This document shows positions 22,101 to 28,803 of a stretch of 64,000 nt of DNA, piece by piece. The stretch comes from an uncultured bacterium (lineage in GTDB: Bacteria; Verrucomicrobiota; Kiritimatiellia; RFP12; UBA1067), in NCBI GenBank assembly GCA_902802945.1, contig CADCOC010000002.1, positions 9,853 through 73,852 on the forward strand, in the 5' to 3' direction. Each line of letters starts with the position of its first letter. The stretch's first letter is position 1. Below the pieces are notes generated by a model. It made no database searches. It was not told the DNA's origin and was given only the letters and a program-made list of their open reading frames with translations. A program made the translations under genes and the position numbers.

Positions 22101-24685
22101 TCACGATGGCGCAGTTCGTGGACGTCCTGACCGGCCTCGAGGCTGCCGCACAGTTCAAGGTCGAGAAGAAGTCGAAGGAGCCGCTTATGTTCGAGATGGG
22201 CGCTTCGCTGAACTACATCCTCGAGGCGACGCTCCTCGACCACGAGTTCTTCAAGAAGTTCCTGTCGAGGATCACGATCACGAAATTCTCCGGAACGATC
22301 TACAACATTTTCCGCTACAGGTGGTACGCGCCGAGGCCTGGATTCCTGTGGGAGCAGGAGACCGGCAACGAGAACGACGGCTACGTCGTCCGGTTCGAGG
22401 ACTGGACCGAGCCCGCATACTCCGCCTGGCTCGACAGCGGCTGGAGCGACGGGCTGGCGAAGACGATAAACAAGGTGACGTCGTTCGTAGGCATGTCCAA
22501 GCGTGTCTCGCGCGAAAGGTGGTCAGTCAAGGAATACCCGTTCAAGGAGCTGAAGTGGATGTACGGCGACGAGAAGTCGCTGTTCTCGCGCTGGACGCCC
22601 CGCTACGATCCCGGCGGCCAGCACTGGCACAACTATCCCAAGGCCGGTAAGTACACGGTGCAGCTCGCGCCGTATTCCGACTTCGGCACGTGGCTCCTGA
22701 CCAGCTCCTGCGAAGAGACGATCACGCTCAAGGAGATGGAGGAAGAAGAAGAAAAGGAAGAAGAGAAGGAAGGGGAAAGGAAGTCCGAGGTGGTGGACGA
22801 GAAGGGTGACAGAACCCAGAAATCGGTTGACCCGAACGAGGTGGTCGGACCCGAGGGCGAGGGTGCGAACCGCAGCGTGAAGCCGGGCGACTGGATGAAC
22901 TACACCGTATACTTCGAGAACAAGGCGGATGCGGACGCCGCCGCGCAGGAGGTGTTCGTGGACAGCCAGCTCAGCCAATACCTCGACTGGAGCACGTTCG
23001 AGATGGGCACGGTCTCCATCGCCGGGCAGATCGACAACGGACTCGACGGCCTGAACGCCTACGACCTGATCGCGTTGGGGTCTGCCTCGAGCGAGATGGA
23101 GCAGACGAACGGCCTGTACAGGGTGCGCACTGAAGTCCAGTTCGACGCCGCGACCGGCGCCGCAACCTGGTACATGCGCATAGTCGATCCGTCCAAGACC
23201 GACGGAGAGCAGTGGCCGGACGATCCTGACGCGGGCATCCTCAGTCCGAACGTGACGGTGCCGGAAGGCGAGGGCTACATCACCTACCGCGTGCGGGTGC
23301 GCGAGGACGCACCGGGGAACGTGAGGATCGACAACTCCGCGAACATCGTGTTCGACTACAACGCCCCGATCGTCACGGACCCGGCGTGGTGGAACACGGT
23401 GTTCGAGATGGCGACGGTGCCCATGACGTCGGACGGCGTGACTACGAATCTCCGGTTCGTGGTCGGCGAGCCCTACGGCGAATTGCCGACGCCCGCGCCG
23501 CGCGACGGCTGGACGTTCGAGGGGTGGTTCACGGGGCCGAACGGCACGGGACGCCGCGTGACGGCCGAGACCATCGTCCAATCCGGCGACCATCTCTATG
23601 CATACTGGAAGGCGGTCTGTCGCCTCTACGGCGAGTTGACGGGGGCGGCGCCGACGACAGCGGCAAGCGAGTACTACGGCTACGTCGTGAACACGAACGG
23701 AAACGTGATCATGGGCACGATCCAGGTGAAGGTGGGCAAGCCCAACAAGAAGACCGGTCTCGCCGCCGTGAAGGCGACGCTGATCGGGACGGACGGCAAG
23801 AAGAAGACCCTCAAGGCGGCCGAGAAGGGCAAGGCCAAGATCGAGGGCGACGGCCCGACCACGATCCCGCTCGCAGGCGGAGACGCCTGCGAAGTGATCC
23901 TCGGCGCGAAGGGCATGGGCGGCACGTATGGCGCGTATGTCATCTACGGCGCGCGGAACGTGTTCGCGTCGAAGGACGCGGCGGACAAGTCCGTGGCGGC
24001 GGCGGCACTCGCCAAGTGGAAGGGACCGGTGAACTTGGCGTGGCGGCCGGACGCGACGGAGCGCGTCCCTCCCTATCATACGCTGTCGGTGACCATCGCC
24101 GCGAAGGGCAAGGCGAAGGTGGCCGGGACGCTTGCGGACGGCACGAAGGTGAGCGCGAAGGGGCAGCTGATCGTGGGAGAGGAATGGGGCTGCGTGCCGG
24201 TGGTGGTCTCGAAGAAGGCAAAGCTTGCGTTCAACGTGTGGCTGCCGGTGGCCGCGACAAGCGCGGCCCTCCCGGTAGTGGTTGGGCTTGGCGAGGACGT
24301 GAGGGTCGGGAAGCCGGGGACGTTGAAGGCGGAGGCGACGTTCAAGCTGGGTGGCGAGATGGGCGACGCCAAGTACGGGGCCTACTTGCCGGATGGCGTG
24401 CCGGTGACGGGCGGCGCGAAGTGGAAGCTGCCGAAGGCGGGCAAGGTGCAGCTCGCCAAGGACGGCACCGTGGACGCGGCGAAGGCGGGCGAGAATCCGT
24501 CCGCGCTGAAGCTCACGTACAAGGCGAAGGACGGTTCGTTCAAGGGCTCGTTCAAGGCGTACGCGGATGTGGGCGGCAAGCCGAAGGGCACGACCGTGAA
24601 AGTGACGGGCGTGCTGGTCAACGGTGTCGGCTACGGCGCGGCCACGGTCAAGAAGTCCGGCGGAGTGGCGGTGATGGTGGAGTAG
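10172..24685 (+). CDS. Giant (4838 aa) modular cell-surface protein / adhesin. It has a signal peptide and an N-terminal Ig-like region.
   Basis: ATG 10172 follows 'aaaaaggag'. Modules: 3x DUF1565/pectate-lyase-like right-handed beta-helix; Listeria-Bacteroides (Flg_new) repeats (GYTFAGWYT...WYARW); BspA-type LRR repeats at 15.8-17.3 kb; CarbopepD_reg-like domains; PKD (WDFGDGS); an acidic EEEEKEEEKE linker; DUF11 (VDPNEVVGPEGEG...PGDWMNYTVYFEN); a Lys-rich C-terminal region. Confidence 0.85.
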   Translation: MNTIIRKIGMGGGKTLVSLFSGIAKAARGAALPLLIAASAILSARGDGLAITPATLPDGMEGVQYDQWFTATGGGDSPSWQWYTVPASYATASSTYQVSGNETPLWEGQSQRGNVEYTLPFAFPFGGRMIDKVYVSPVGAILFEDDFIDDNYVRNSSLYYRYGIAVFWCETSKVEAYVDTNVANEVSFRFESFSTGTGTWAARATLKKDGTIRCSYRQTGNTFSDTTRVIGVAFSGNYLPVGAESDGIPATDIVFTTYGLPAGLQFSSGSWDPDTSLYRPRLYGKVAEACDVKFAVRVYDDNDSSVAATNFYAFSIVRNPNRPPVIDAFAPADTNEVIFINLGDTVNFNVAVTDEAGDPFDVKWEFLSRGNSYYSTPETVGTETNLVFEATQALYVMQDSDYQPLLRCTVSDECWTNIVTWKVNIRRDWHVDAAADPGTADGSADHPWPSPHMGGLQRGDTVFVAPGTYVWGPSDSTQIGIAGGVTFRSTGSAADTKFVFQKKGYIQARYYKNSTFQGFSFDGICFYNCDLVDCEIRNYDSANSYDGAIRGCSLLRCYVTGGTGKFHCYQTDIVDSTIAGNTINVPSTESAECRAVGKDCTLANSIVVNNLALDGVEANVYTDTTYSPTAVTNSCTIPAMTKLGPGNYEAQPTFVSLAGGDLRLRVGSACIDAGDPANNTGAYKGPGVEGFAVYAFTDPVRGIFSDGSELQVVAAGATAYVMVKPLADRAFLGWVTNGVEVAGVTTSELAIENIDCDYEVEALFEYREFWVNPTEADDSGDGTAAAPKKTIAAAAALAIDGETIRLAEGTFEPFALLESPKVTLLGAGPDKTFIDGGGTNWCVRLGSNATLKNVAVVNGKYTSWSSYAGGVTGGTIENCVVSNCVSSQSAGGVSGATVVSCLVTGNTTDQEYGGFGGGAYQCKVYNSTIVGNVHSFNCAGGASVCYLFNNIITGNKSNGGSDTYDVYDPKDANFSSSVSSNVAYSANLIGSDPWFVDAANGDYRLIAGSPAIDAGGEALGFDFEHATDLSGGRRIKNGIVDYGCYEGGVVTGAPAAPVATGSSAKAVKGIPFTWEAVPNAAEYRIYRGTANNVAAATLLGSTTATSYLDLSTTGGTDYFYWVSSYNTTYGESEKCGPIAVTSYADLKIETASLPAATEAVPYSVQLECSGNVGEATWSLPYTVVTRGEGSTFNGDVGVVVGDDWPEKDTSYQHNPIVTLPFSFTWFGEQYDKVRLSKFGALYFGVGTGVSVSWSPWAIDEEPKIVVNEGPYSSYYYVETSEFRVDSQADHVTIVWKGTCHGKTVEFSATLNSDNTVRLAYGSNEVGAYVAYSNGSADTVNTLYRAEGDFSNADDYVITCLPNESHLVLSEGGLLSGIEDDAGEYLVSVLVTDDANGDTAWKTFALTVNVNANKRPVIDAVTPDEDEVLVLAGDSQEFTVTAHDPESAALSYSWYLDDALVSTAGANWTYAPTDADRGRHSLVCEVADALWTNGQVYAEWEVTVGAKLYVDVVNGTTNGTGTAESPFKTLQQAESWIGGGETVFVAPGTYAPVRVWGGGMPDPVTFRATGSAAETIIDGGSTNICVDDYHCSKNFTFVGFTLRNGGDEDYAGTASYGVNLKDCVVTGCKSWRCTIYGANVENCQIYGNTALRHGAAVGFCNVVNSLIYGNTSGETGVVYRSTLDRCTVYGNTALVGGGLDGLSTADHSIVWGNTATADASTANYEPSTNGVQFTYSCTTPLPEGEGNIASDPLFVNAAGGDFHLADSSPCLAAGMGCYAEGGGEPVVTQFTVTFDANGGTCAEASRQVVSGAAVGTLPTPTRTGYTFAGWYTAKTGGTQVTAATTVTAAVTWYARWTELPPAYTLTIEDGVLKGYTGDLPATLAIPATVTAFGANLFKGATALTAVTGGANVTACGAGAFRDSGIWKAAPNGPVVVCGVLVGWKGTVPATATVPYGVKVIADGALAGAANLATLYLPDSLVSIGAGAFKDCTKLDDVFGLEDGVTVADNAFEGTLRNTFRFTWSGLVVTGFKGPLPAALVIPANATGIGVNAFKGQTTITSLTIEGENAVNVGAGAFEGCTALATATIGGGATIAATSFKGCAALTNLTVGGSATIAAESFKNFAALKTVSIGGDATIGASGFAGCTALNTFTAGGGATVGASAFEGCTTLETFTAGDTVSIATNAFKGCVALATADFGKVSALGESAFEGCSSLASLELAEGIEEIGAASFKGCASLKAIDLPASVTTIGVSAFEGCSKLATVTGGENVRVIRTDAFAGTAWYDAAPAEGFEEVSLGHVLLRVKGDVPASYEISSNVWTVANGAFAGVTTLTELYIGTEVVSLWDRAFAGCTSLGSVTIPSGCREFGDYLFDGCTSLTNVFFRGHAPTNDVPHLFAGTPETLKVRIKEGSRGWVYPGADSDYRPARWPYQTADGRRWQRVADDLNRAVYEPDDEPGVIRSVIVDGIITNDTIWVGGRVYEIQRSCSVKGNATLTVEAGAIVKLPFGRVYAYDPRGLNVYDSGSLVVNGTLANPVVFTSIRDDSWGGDTNGDGNRSEPYPSECGGVYVYSRDATVHATYAKFLYGQAVNTFSATACLMSYGRTNTLYGCEFSHSAMDGYFGCGRLENCVFTDCDRGLVSVDRGVVAVNCVAYGNRIGFFSHTSYMYITNCISAFNSEYGISGDGSAVFSTRSCLWTPGGENTRYKNGGKSWNTYNVDNIEADPLFLDAENGDFRISASSPCVDAAWGDVAPEYDYYEQPRMDVRFVENTGKPNAEGIYPDIGIYEVPGTTERPVMNLEVESVSFTPATVAPGETLAVTYTMKNAGDAAATGSIRDVVRIKSAANGGTMVAGTVTQNYSLETNAVATFTARVTMPAAPAGNWYVGIDVNPNRDVFEQNLQRNSMWTENTVEVTLPGLTTSSSTSVTIPAGTTKGWALIDLPAEGGVVTVTGANAAAIRAMVANGHMPTVVMNDAASFAQGTTTAVLVVPARAAGETMYLAVENTGISSATVTVKVEKLTTQLWSVYPEIAANVGDMGFTFTGAGLTATSDIRLGGIKAKSVTVVDSANVYAVFDIHNIAADRYYDVTADGKTLRDAVYINKVAKGPILEAKLELPERTRDNRIYTGYVVYENTGDTQMNVPMFIVKRGKGDTTTMLGAYDAETLTSNAVVVAGIGSTHPAGILKPGDTGRLPFKFKPVGDYNLSLRKWVKTKDDVAAMATRLNLRGRTVWNGDDIYYSALNVRNGTPVAGVSGWCLDSRTREPLEGIALVLVATNTEASAGTANRRAFSTTTDANGYFQFGLLPDGLYGFTASGRARVVSTATVEVSGQKDVNGVEVLALPPTRIHGYVVGSDGTPVQYGHVVLREGDMMIGETTETDGFGAYSFEGIGDGTYDVLAEAIGVYGAAIKTNVAVNVTNVDVRVDLEMPALASIAGTVTPGGAPVDGGIVSVLSLADGETTTVGVDTNGTYSADGVTPGECEVKYSGGGKFSRIALTVAAGENKLDIAAQAAPIFGATSARAFVEAGASFEATFCVREPSTNDVSYAWDFGDGSATVVTAAPVVSHEFTRTADENRFTVKLTVTRADGTSEICVVREAFSLLAPIETEYQDNAIILSVANRHNAGTLEFVDFDPNGAAEGTVMRLKGEAAIPLDGAVVMVGYIDEKTGDVTSGIRRIVSHTTGTDGVVTCTTEGEGLSAVFKQIGVSTSDALEVTPEEEQESVAFKVKYANKFKGAISDAAAAAVSGLGELAKKTASHLNKGGKLIGDVNLSLGCKVGEDCLAGRFSTETAKIEREITVPTYDEPDSFYNMYSGNEWVPYRTKIYTNNVWRFTYTMHVDVTPYLQANGSFGVGLEKRTDKCELDLSKYLKKKKDKNKKEEVQEVDAGPEVPIVIAGVPIAKLRPVLQFRPYLFGGVNGAARMNLRFHGDLAFTISVENDIRMPTASCAAPGFKIDKWIENVSDEFSGSFEGGVGVVLALKFTMAQFVDVLTGLEAAAQFKVEKKSKEPLMFEMGASLNYILEATLLDHEFFKKFLSRITITKFSGTIYNIFRYRWYAPRPGFLWEQETGNENDGYVVRFEDWTEPAYSAWLDSGWSDGLAKTINKVTSFVGMSKRVSRERWSVKEYPFKELKWMYGDEKSLFSRWTPRYDPGGQHWHNYPKAGKYTVQLAPYSDFGTWLLTSSCEETITLKEMEEEEEKEEEKEGERKSEVVDEKGDRTQKSVDPNEVVGPEGEGANRSVKPGDWMNYTVYFENKADADAAAQEVFVDSQLSQYLDWSTFEMGTVSIAGQIDNGLDGLNAYDLIALGSASSEMEQTNGLYRVRTEVQFDAATGAATWYMRIVDPSKTDGEQWPDDPDAGILSPNVTVPEGEGYITYRVRVREDAPGNVRIDNSANIVFDYNAPIVTDPAWWNTVFEMATVPMTSDGVTTNLRFVVGEPYGELPTPAPRDGWTFEGWFTGPNGTGRRVTAETIVQSGDHLYAYWKAVCRLYGELTGAAPTTAASEYYGYVVNTNGNVIMGTIQVKVGKPNKKTGLAAVKATLIGTDGKKKTLKAAEKGKAKIEGDGPTTIPLAGGDACEVILGAKGMGGTYGAYVIYGARNVFASKDAADKSVAAAALAKWKGPVNLAWRPDATERVPPYHTLSVTIAAKGKAKVAGTLADGTKVSAKGQLIVGEEWGCVPVVVSKKAKLAFNVWLPVAATSAALPVVVGLGEDVRVGKPGTLKAEATFKLGGEMGDAKYGAYLPDGVPVTGGAKWKLPKAGKVQLAKDGTVDAAKAGENPSALKLTYKAKDGSFKGSFKAYADVGGKPKGTTVKVTGVLVNGVGYGAATVKKSGGVAVMVE
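24248..24275 (+). repeat. In-frame palindromic mini-repeat R4 (GGTGGCCGCGACAAGCGCGGCCCTCCCG), copy 1. It lies inside the giant gene and encodes ...VAATSAALP...
   Basis: The 28-nt string is identical at 29413-29440. The core palindrome GGCCGCG-acaag-CGCGGCC also occurs at 62650-62668. Confidence 0.8.
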
Positions 24686-24737
24686 GTTGCGCGCTAATGT
24701 TTCCACGCGAGTGGCGCATTGCCAGAGGGGGCGGGAT

Positions 24738-24747
24738 ATGGTAGAAT
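24738..24747 (+). promoter_or_regulatory. Extended -10 TGGTAGAAT, with an in-frame GTG 7 nt downstream. This is a candidate leaderless recJ transcript.
   Basis: 'gatatggtagaatatgggacGTGaat'. GTG 24755 is in frame with ORF 24719..26401. Confidence 0.4.
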
Positions 24748-24754
24748 ATGGGAC

Positions 24755-26401
24755 GTGAATTTGCATCCCATAGTTGAGCGCCTGCTTGAGAAGCGGGGAA
24801 TATGCGCGGAAGAGCGAGAGGAGTTCCTCGATCCGTCTCTTGCGCGTCTGGTGCGCGTGGACGCGCTGCCGGGCGTGCGGGAGGCTGCGGAGGTCATTCT
24901 GCCGTTCGTGCGCGACGGACGCAAGATCGTGGTGTACGGCGACTACGACTGCGACGGCGTGTGCGCGAGCGCGATCCTCGTCTCGGCCCTGCGTCGCCTC
25001 GGCGCAGTGGCGGAAGCATTCGTCCCCGACCGTTTCAAAGAGGGCTACGGCCTCACCGCCGCGGCGATCGGACGCCTTTTCTCCGAACACCCCGACGTGG
25101 GGCTTGTGGTGACGGTGGACAACGGAATTTCCTCCGTGCGCGAGATTGCCGACATCAAGGCGCGCGGCGTGTCGGTGGTCGTGACCGACCACCACCTGCC
25201 TGGTCCTGACCTACCCGCCGCCGACGCGCTCGTAAATCCCCGCGTGGCCGCCGCGCCGGGCTGTGCGGACCTCTGCGGCGCCGGCGTGGCGTTCTTCCTC
25301 GCCGGAGCGCTTGTGCAGGCCGCCCAGGCGGCAGGCCTTTATAGCGGCGGAAAGTTCGCCGCGCCGCTGCTCGTCCTGGCGGGACTTGCCACGGTGGCGG
25401 ACATCATGCCGCTCCGGGGACAGAACCGCATCCTCGTGGCGCAGTCGCTCGCGAACTTTTGGCGGTGCGCCCCACTCGGATTGAAGGAGCTCATGCGCTC
25501 CGCGTCCCGCGTGGCCTCATCGACGCCCAACGCCCGCGACTACGGGTTCCTCCTCTCGCCGCGCATCAACGCGACGGGGCGTCTGGAGAGCGCCGCGCTC
25601 GCCTACAACCTCCTCATGGAGCAGGATCGCGAGGTAGCGCGGAACCTCGCCGTGCGCGTGAACGGCATAAATGGACGCCGTCAGACGGAGGAGCGAGAGC
25701 TCGCGTTTGCGTTGCAGAACCAGATCGCATCCGGTCGCCCTGCCTGCGTGGCGCGCCTTGAGACGGGCAACACGGGCGTCGTCGGCATAGTCGCGGCGCG
25801 CCTGATGGAGCGGCTAGGCGTGCCGGTGGCCGTGGCGGTGGGCGATACGGGCAGCGTGCGCGCCCCCGACGGGTACAACGTGCGCGACGCGCTCGCGGCG
25901 GCGACCGACGCGCTGGACCGGTTCGGCGGCCATGCGGCGGCCGGCGGGTTCACGGTGAAGGAAGGCCGTTTCGAGGATTTCCGCCGACTCTTCACCGAGG
26001 CGTGCGCCGCGCAGTATGCGGAGTCACGCGAGACCATAGAACGCGCCAAGGCAGTGGAGCCAGACCTCTGGCTGGAGCCGGGCGACATCACGATGGAGCT
26101 TCTCGACGCGTTGAACGTGCTTGAGCCGTTCGGCGAGGGCAACCCGGAGCCAGTGTTCGGGCTGCAAGGCGTGCGATTCTCGGACGCAAGGCCGATAGGC
26201 GCGGAGGGACAGCATGCCACCTTCGCGTTCGTAAACAAGGCGATTCCGCGAGCCGTCTGGTGGAACCACGGGATTGACGTGGAGGCAATCCGCGCGCACG
26301 ACGTTCCGCGCGACGTGCTGTTCACGCTGATGGAGTCCGATTTCGGCGGCGATTCACATCTGGAGCTGAAATTGCTTGCTGTGCGCGTCCACGGGCAATG
26401 A
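24755..26401 (+). CDS. recJ: Single-stranded-DNA-specific exonuclease RecJ (DHH + DHHA1). The alternative upstream TTG start is at 24719.
   Basis: ...VVYGDYDCDGVCASAILVSALRRLG...VVTVDNGISS...VVVTDHHLPG... contains the DHH motifs. The C-terminal DHHA1 region follows. Confidence 0.85.
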   Translation: MNLHPIVERLLEKRGICAEEREEFLDPSLARLVRVDALPGVREAAEVILPFVRDGRKIVVYGDYDCDGVCASAILVSALRRLGAVAEAFVPDRFKEGYGLTAAAIGRLFSEHPDVGLVVTVDNGISSVREIADIKARGVSVVVTDHHLPGPDLPAADALVNPRVAAAPGCADLCGAGVAFFLAGALVQAAQAAGLYSGGKFAAPLLVLAGLATVADIMPLRGQNRILVAQSLANFWRCAPLGLKELMRSASRVASSTPNARDYGFLLSPRINATGRLESAALAYNLLMEQDREVARNLAVRVNGINGRRQTEERELAFALQNQIASGRPACVARLETGNTGVVGIVAARLMERLGVPVAVAVGDTGSVRAPDGYNVRDALAAATDALDRFGGHAAAGGFTVKEGRFEDFRRLFTEACAAQYAESRETIERAKAVEPDLWLEPGDITMELLDALNVLEPFGEGNPEPVFGLQGVRFSDARPIGAEGQHATFAFVNKAIPRAVWWNHGIDVEAIRAHDVPRDVLFTLMESDFGGDSHLELKLLAVRVHGQ

Positions 26402-26433
26402 TTTTACAAAATCAGAACAGAAGGGCATGGGAA

Positions 26434-28626
26434 ATGAGAACGAAATTCGTAAGACCGGAAATCGGCTCCGGCGGGGACGGGCACACGTTCCCGGGCGCGG
26501 CATATCCGTTCGGGCTTGTGCAGCCGTCTCCCGACACCGGACGCGAGGGATACCGCTACTGCGCCGGATACCGCTACGAGGACGACCGCATCCTCGGTTT
26601 CTCGCAGACGCATCTGAGCGGCACGGGATGCGGCGACCTCGGCGACGTGCGGATCATGCCGTTCGCGGGCGAGCCGTCGCCAGGAGTTTCATCCGCGTTC
26701 CGCAAGGAGACGCAGACCTGCGCTCCCGGCTACTACGCTGTCACTCTTGACGACTGCGACGTGCGCGTGGAGGCGACTGCCGCCGCGCACACTGCGGTCT
26801 ACCGTTTCACGGGTGCGGGGTCGAAGGCGATGCGGCTTCTCCTCGACTGCCAGTGGGGCATCGGCGGGAAGGTGCTCGCGAAGACGATTCTTTCAAGCGA
26901 CGTGCGTGCGCAGGGAAGGCGGATCGTATCCGGCACCAACGTGCGCAAGCATTGGGTAGAGAGACGCTATTCGTTCGTCATCGAGTGTAACCGCGATTTC
27001 GAAGAACCCATAACGCTAGAACCGCTCTCGCCTGATGAGAAGGCACCGCGAATGGTGCTTCAGTTTGTCGCTGGCGACGAGCCTCTGGTCATCAAGATTG
27101 GGTATTCGCTGGTGGATGAGGATGGTGCGCGACGCAACATGGACGCGGAGTGTCCGGGATTCGACTTCGATGCGGTGCGCGCGGCGGCGGATGTCGAATG
27201 GGAGCGACAGCTCGCGCGCATGGATGCCGAGGGAACGGACGACGAGAAGACGAACTTCTACTCCGCGCTCTACCGTCTGCTCATCCAGCCTGCCAACATA
27301 GCGGACGTGGACGGACGCTATCGCGGCGCGGACGGCGAGGTACATGTCGCGCCGGGCGGGCGCTATTATTCGACGCTTTCGCTCTGGGACACGTTCCGCG
27401 CGGCACATCCGCTCCACACGCTGATCTCCTCCGAGATGGGGGATGATTTCGTCGAGACGATGCTCGAGCACCAGAAAGCGGCCGGTTTTCTCCCGATATG
27501 GACGCTCATGGGGCGTGACAACCAGTGCATGATCGGTACGCATTCGGTGCCGGTCATTGTCGACTGGTTCCTGAAGACAGAGGCGATCTCGCGTCCCACC
27601 GCACCCGGCGGGGCGGACGCCGCGTCGCGTCATGCGCGCGACCGCGCGTTCTGGGAGGCGGCGTTCGCGGCGATAAAGGACTCGCTCACCAACCTTCACA
27701 AGGGACGCATCCTCGAGGACTGGCCAGCCCTCGACAAGTACGGGTACTACCCGAACGACATTGTGACGAGCGAATCCGTCTCGCGTCTCCTCGAGTGCTG
27801 CTACGACGACTGGTGCGCGGCGCGGATGGCGGAGCGTCTCGGTTTCGCGGACGACGCGGCTTTCTTCCTGAAGCGTTCGCGCAACTGGCGGAACGTGGTT
27901 GATCCCGAGACGCATTTCGTGCGCGGACGCGACACCAAGGGAAACTGGACTACGCCGTTCAACCCGCTTGCGCTCGGACGCAACGCCGGGACGGGAAGCG
28001 ATTTCACGGAGGGGAATGCCTGGCAGTGGACGTGGCATGTCCTGCACGAGCCCGAGGCGCTCATTGAGGCTGTCGGAGGTAAGGACGTCGCCGGCGAACG
28101 GCTTTGCCGCCTCTTCACGCTTGAGGCCGACGAGTCCGAGACCGGCACGTGCGACGACGTGACGGGGCTCATGGGACAGTACTGCCACGGCAACGAGCCG
28201 AGCCACCACGTCATCTATCTTCTGCGGTATGCCGACCGCACGGCGCGTCAGGCGGAACTCGTGAGGGATGTCTTTGAGAAGTTCTACGTCAACAGACCCG
28301 ACGGGCTCTGCGGCAACGACGACTGCGGACAGATGAGCGCCTGGTATCTCTTCTCCGCGATGGGTTTCTATCCGATGAACCCCGCGAGCGGCGAGTACGT
28401 GCTTGGCGCGCCGCAGCTGCCGAAGGTGGTGATGCGGGTGACGAGAGACGAGGGACGCGAGACGAGCTGTGGCGTGAAGACCTTCACAGTCATTGCAAAG
28501 AACCTTTCGGCAGAAAACAAATACGTCAAGTCGGTCACGCTCAACGGTGTGCCGCTGGAAGGATTCACCATCCGCCACGAGGATATCCTGAATGGCGGCG
28601 AGCTGGTGTTCGAGATGAAAAGCTAG
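26434..28626 (+). CDS. Glycoside hydrolase family 92 (alpha-1,2-mannosidase-like). No signal peptide is evident.
   Basis: MRTKFVRPEIGSGGDGHTFPGAAYPFGLVQPSPDT...GFSQTHLSGTGCGDLGDV is the GH92 N-terminal signature. Confidence 0.8.
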   Translation: MRTKFVRPEIGSGGDGHTFPGAAYPFGLVQPSPDTGREGYRYCAGYRYEDDRILGFSQTHLSGTGCGDLGDVRIMPFAGEPSPGVSSAFRKETQTCAPGYYAVTLDDCDVRVEATAAAHTAVYRFTGAGSKAMRLLLDCQWGIGGKVLAKTILSSDVRAQGRRIVSGTNVRKHWVERRYSFVIECNRDFEEPITLEPLSPDEKAPRMVLQFVAGDEPLVIKIGYSLVDEDGARRNMDAECPGFDFDAVRAAADVEWERQLARMDAEGTDDEKTNFYSALYRLLIQPANIADVDGRYRGADGEVHVAPGGRYYSTLSLWDTFRAAHPLHTLISSEMGDDFVETMLEHQKAAGFLPIWTLMGRDNQCMIGTHSVPVIVDWFLKTEAISRPTAPGGADAASRHARDRAFWEAAFAAIKDSLTNLHKGRILEDWPALDKYGYYPNDIVTSESVSRLLECCYDDWCAARMAERLGFADDAAFFLKRSRNWRNVVDPETHFVRGRDTKGNWTTPFNPLALGRNAGTGSDFTEGNAWQWTWHVLHEPEALIEAVGGKDVAGERLCRLFTLEADESETGTCDDVTGLMGQYCHGNEPSHHVIYLLRYADRTARQAELVRDVFEKFYVNRPDGLCGNDDCGQMSAWYLFSAMGFYPMNPASGEYVLGAPQLPKVVMRVTRDEGRETSCGVKTFTVIAKNLSAENKYVKSVTLNGVPLEGFTIRHEDILNGGELVFEMKS

Positions 28627-28691
28627 TTCCCCGCATGGCGAACGAAGGCATGGATTTGCAACCCGTTTGAGAAAAGTAGGACATGCTGCTC

Positions 28692-28721
28692 TTGACTTTG
28701 AAACGGAGGGTATTGTAGAAT
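28692..28721 (+). promoter_or_regulatory. Sigma70 promoter TTGACT-N18-(TG)TAGAAT
   Basis: -35 at 28692-28697 and -10 at 28716-28721. Gene start ATG 28804 follows RBS 'aaagga'. Confidence 0.5.
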
Positions 28722-28803
28722 ATTCGGCGCAGGGGCGAGTGGTGCCCGTGCGCGGAAGAACTGTGAAATTATGGTTAAAGGACAATCGAAAAGGACATAC
28801 AAA

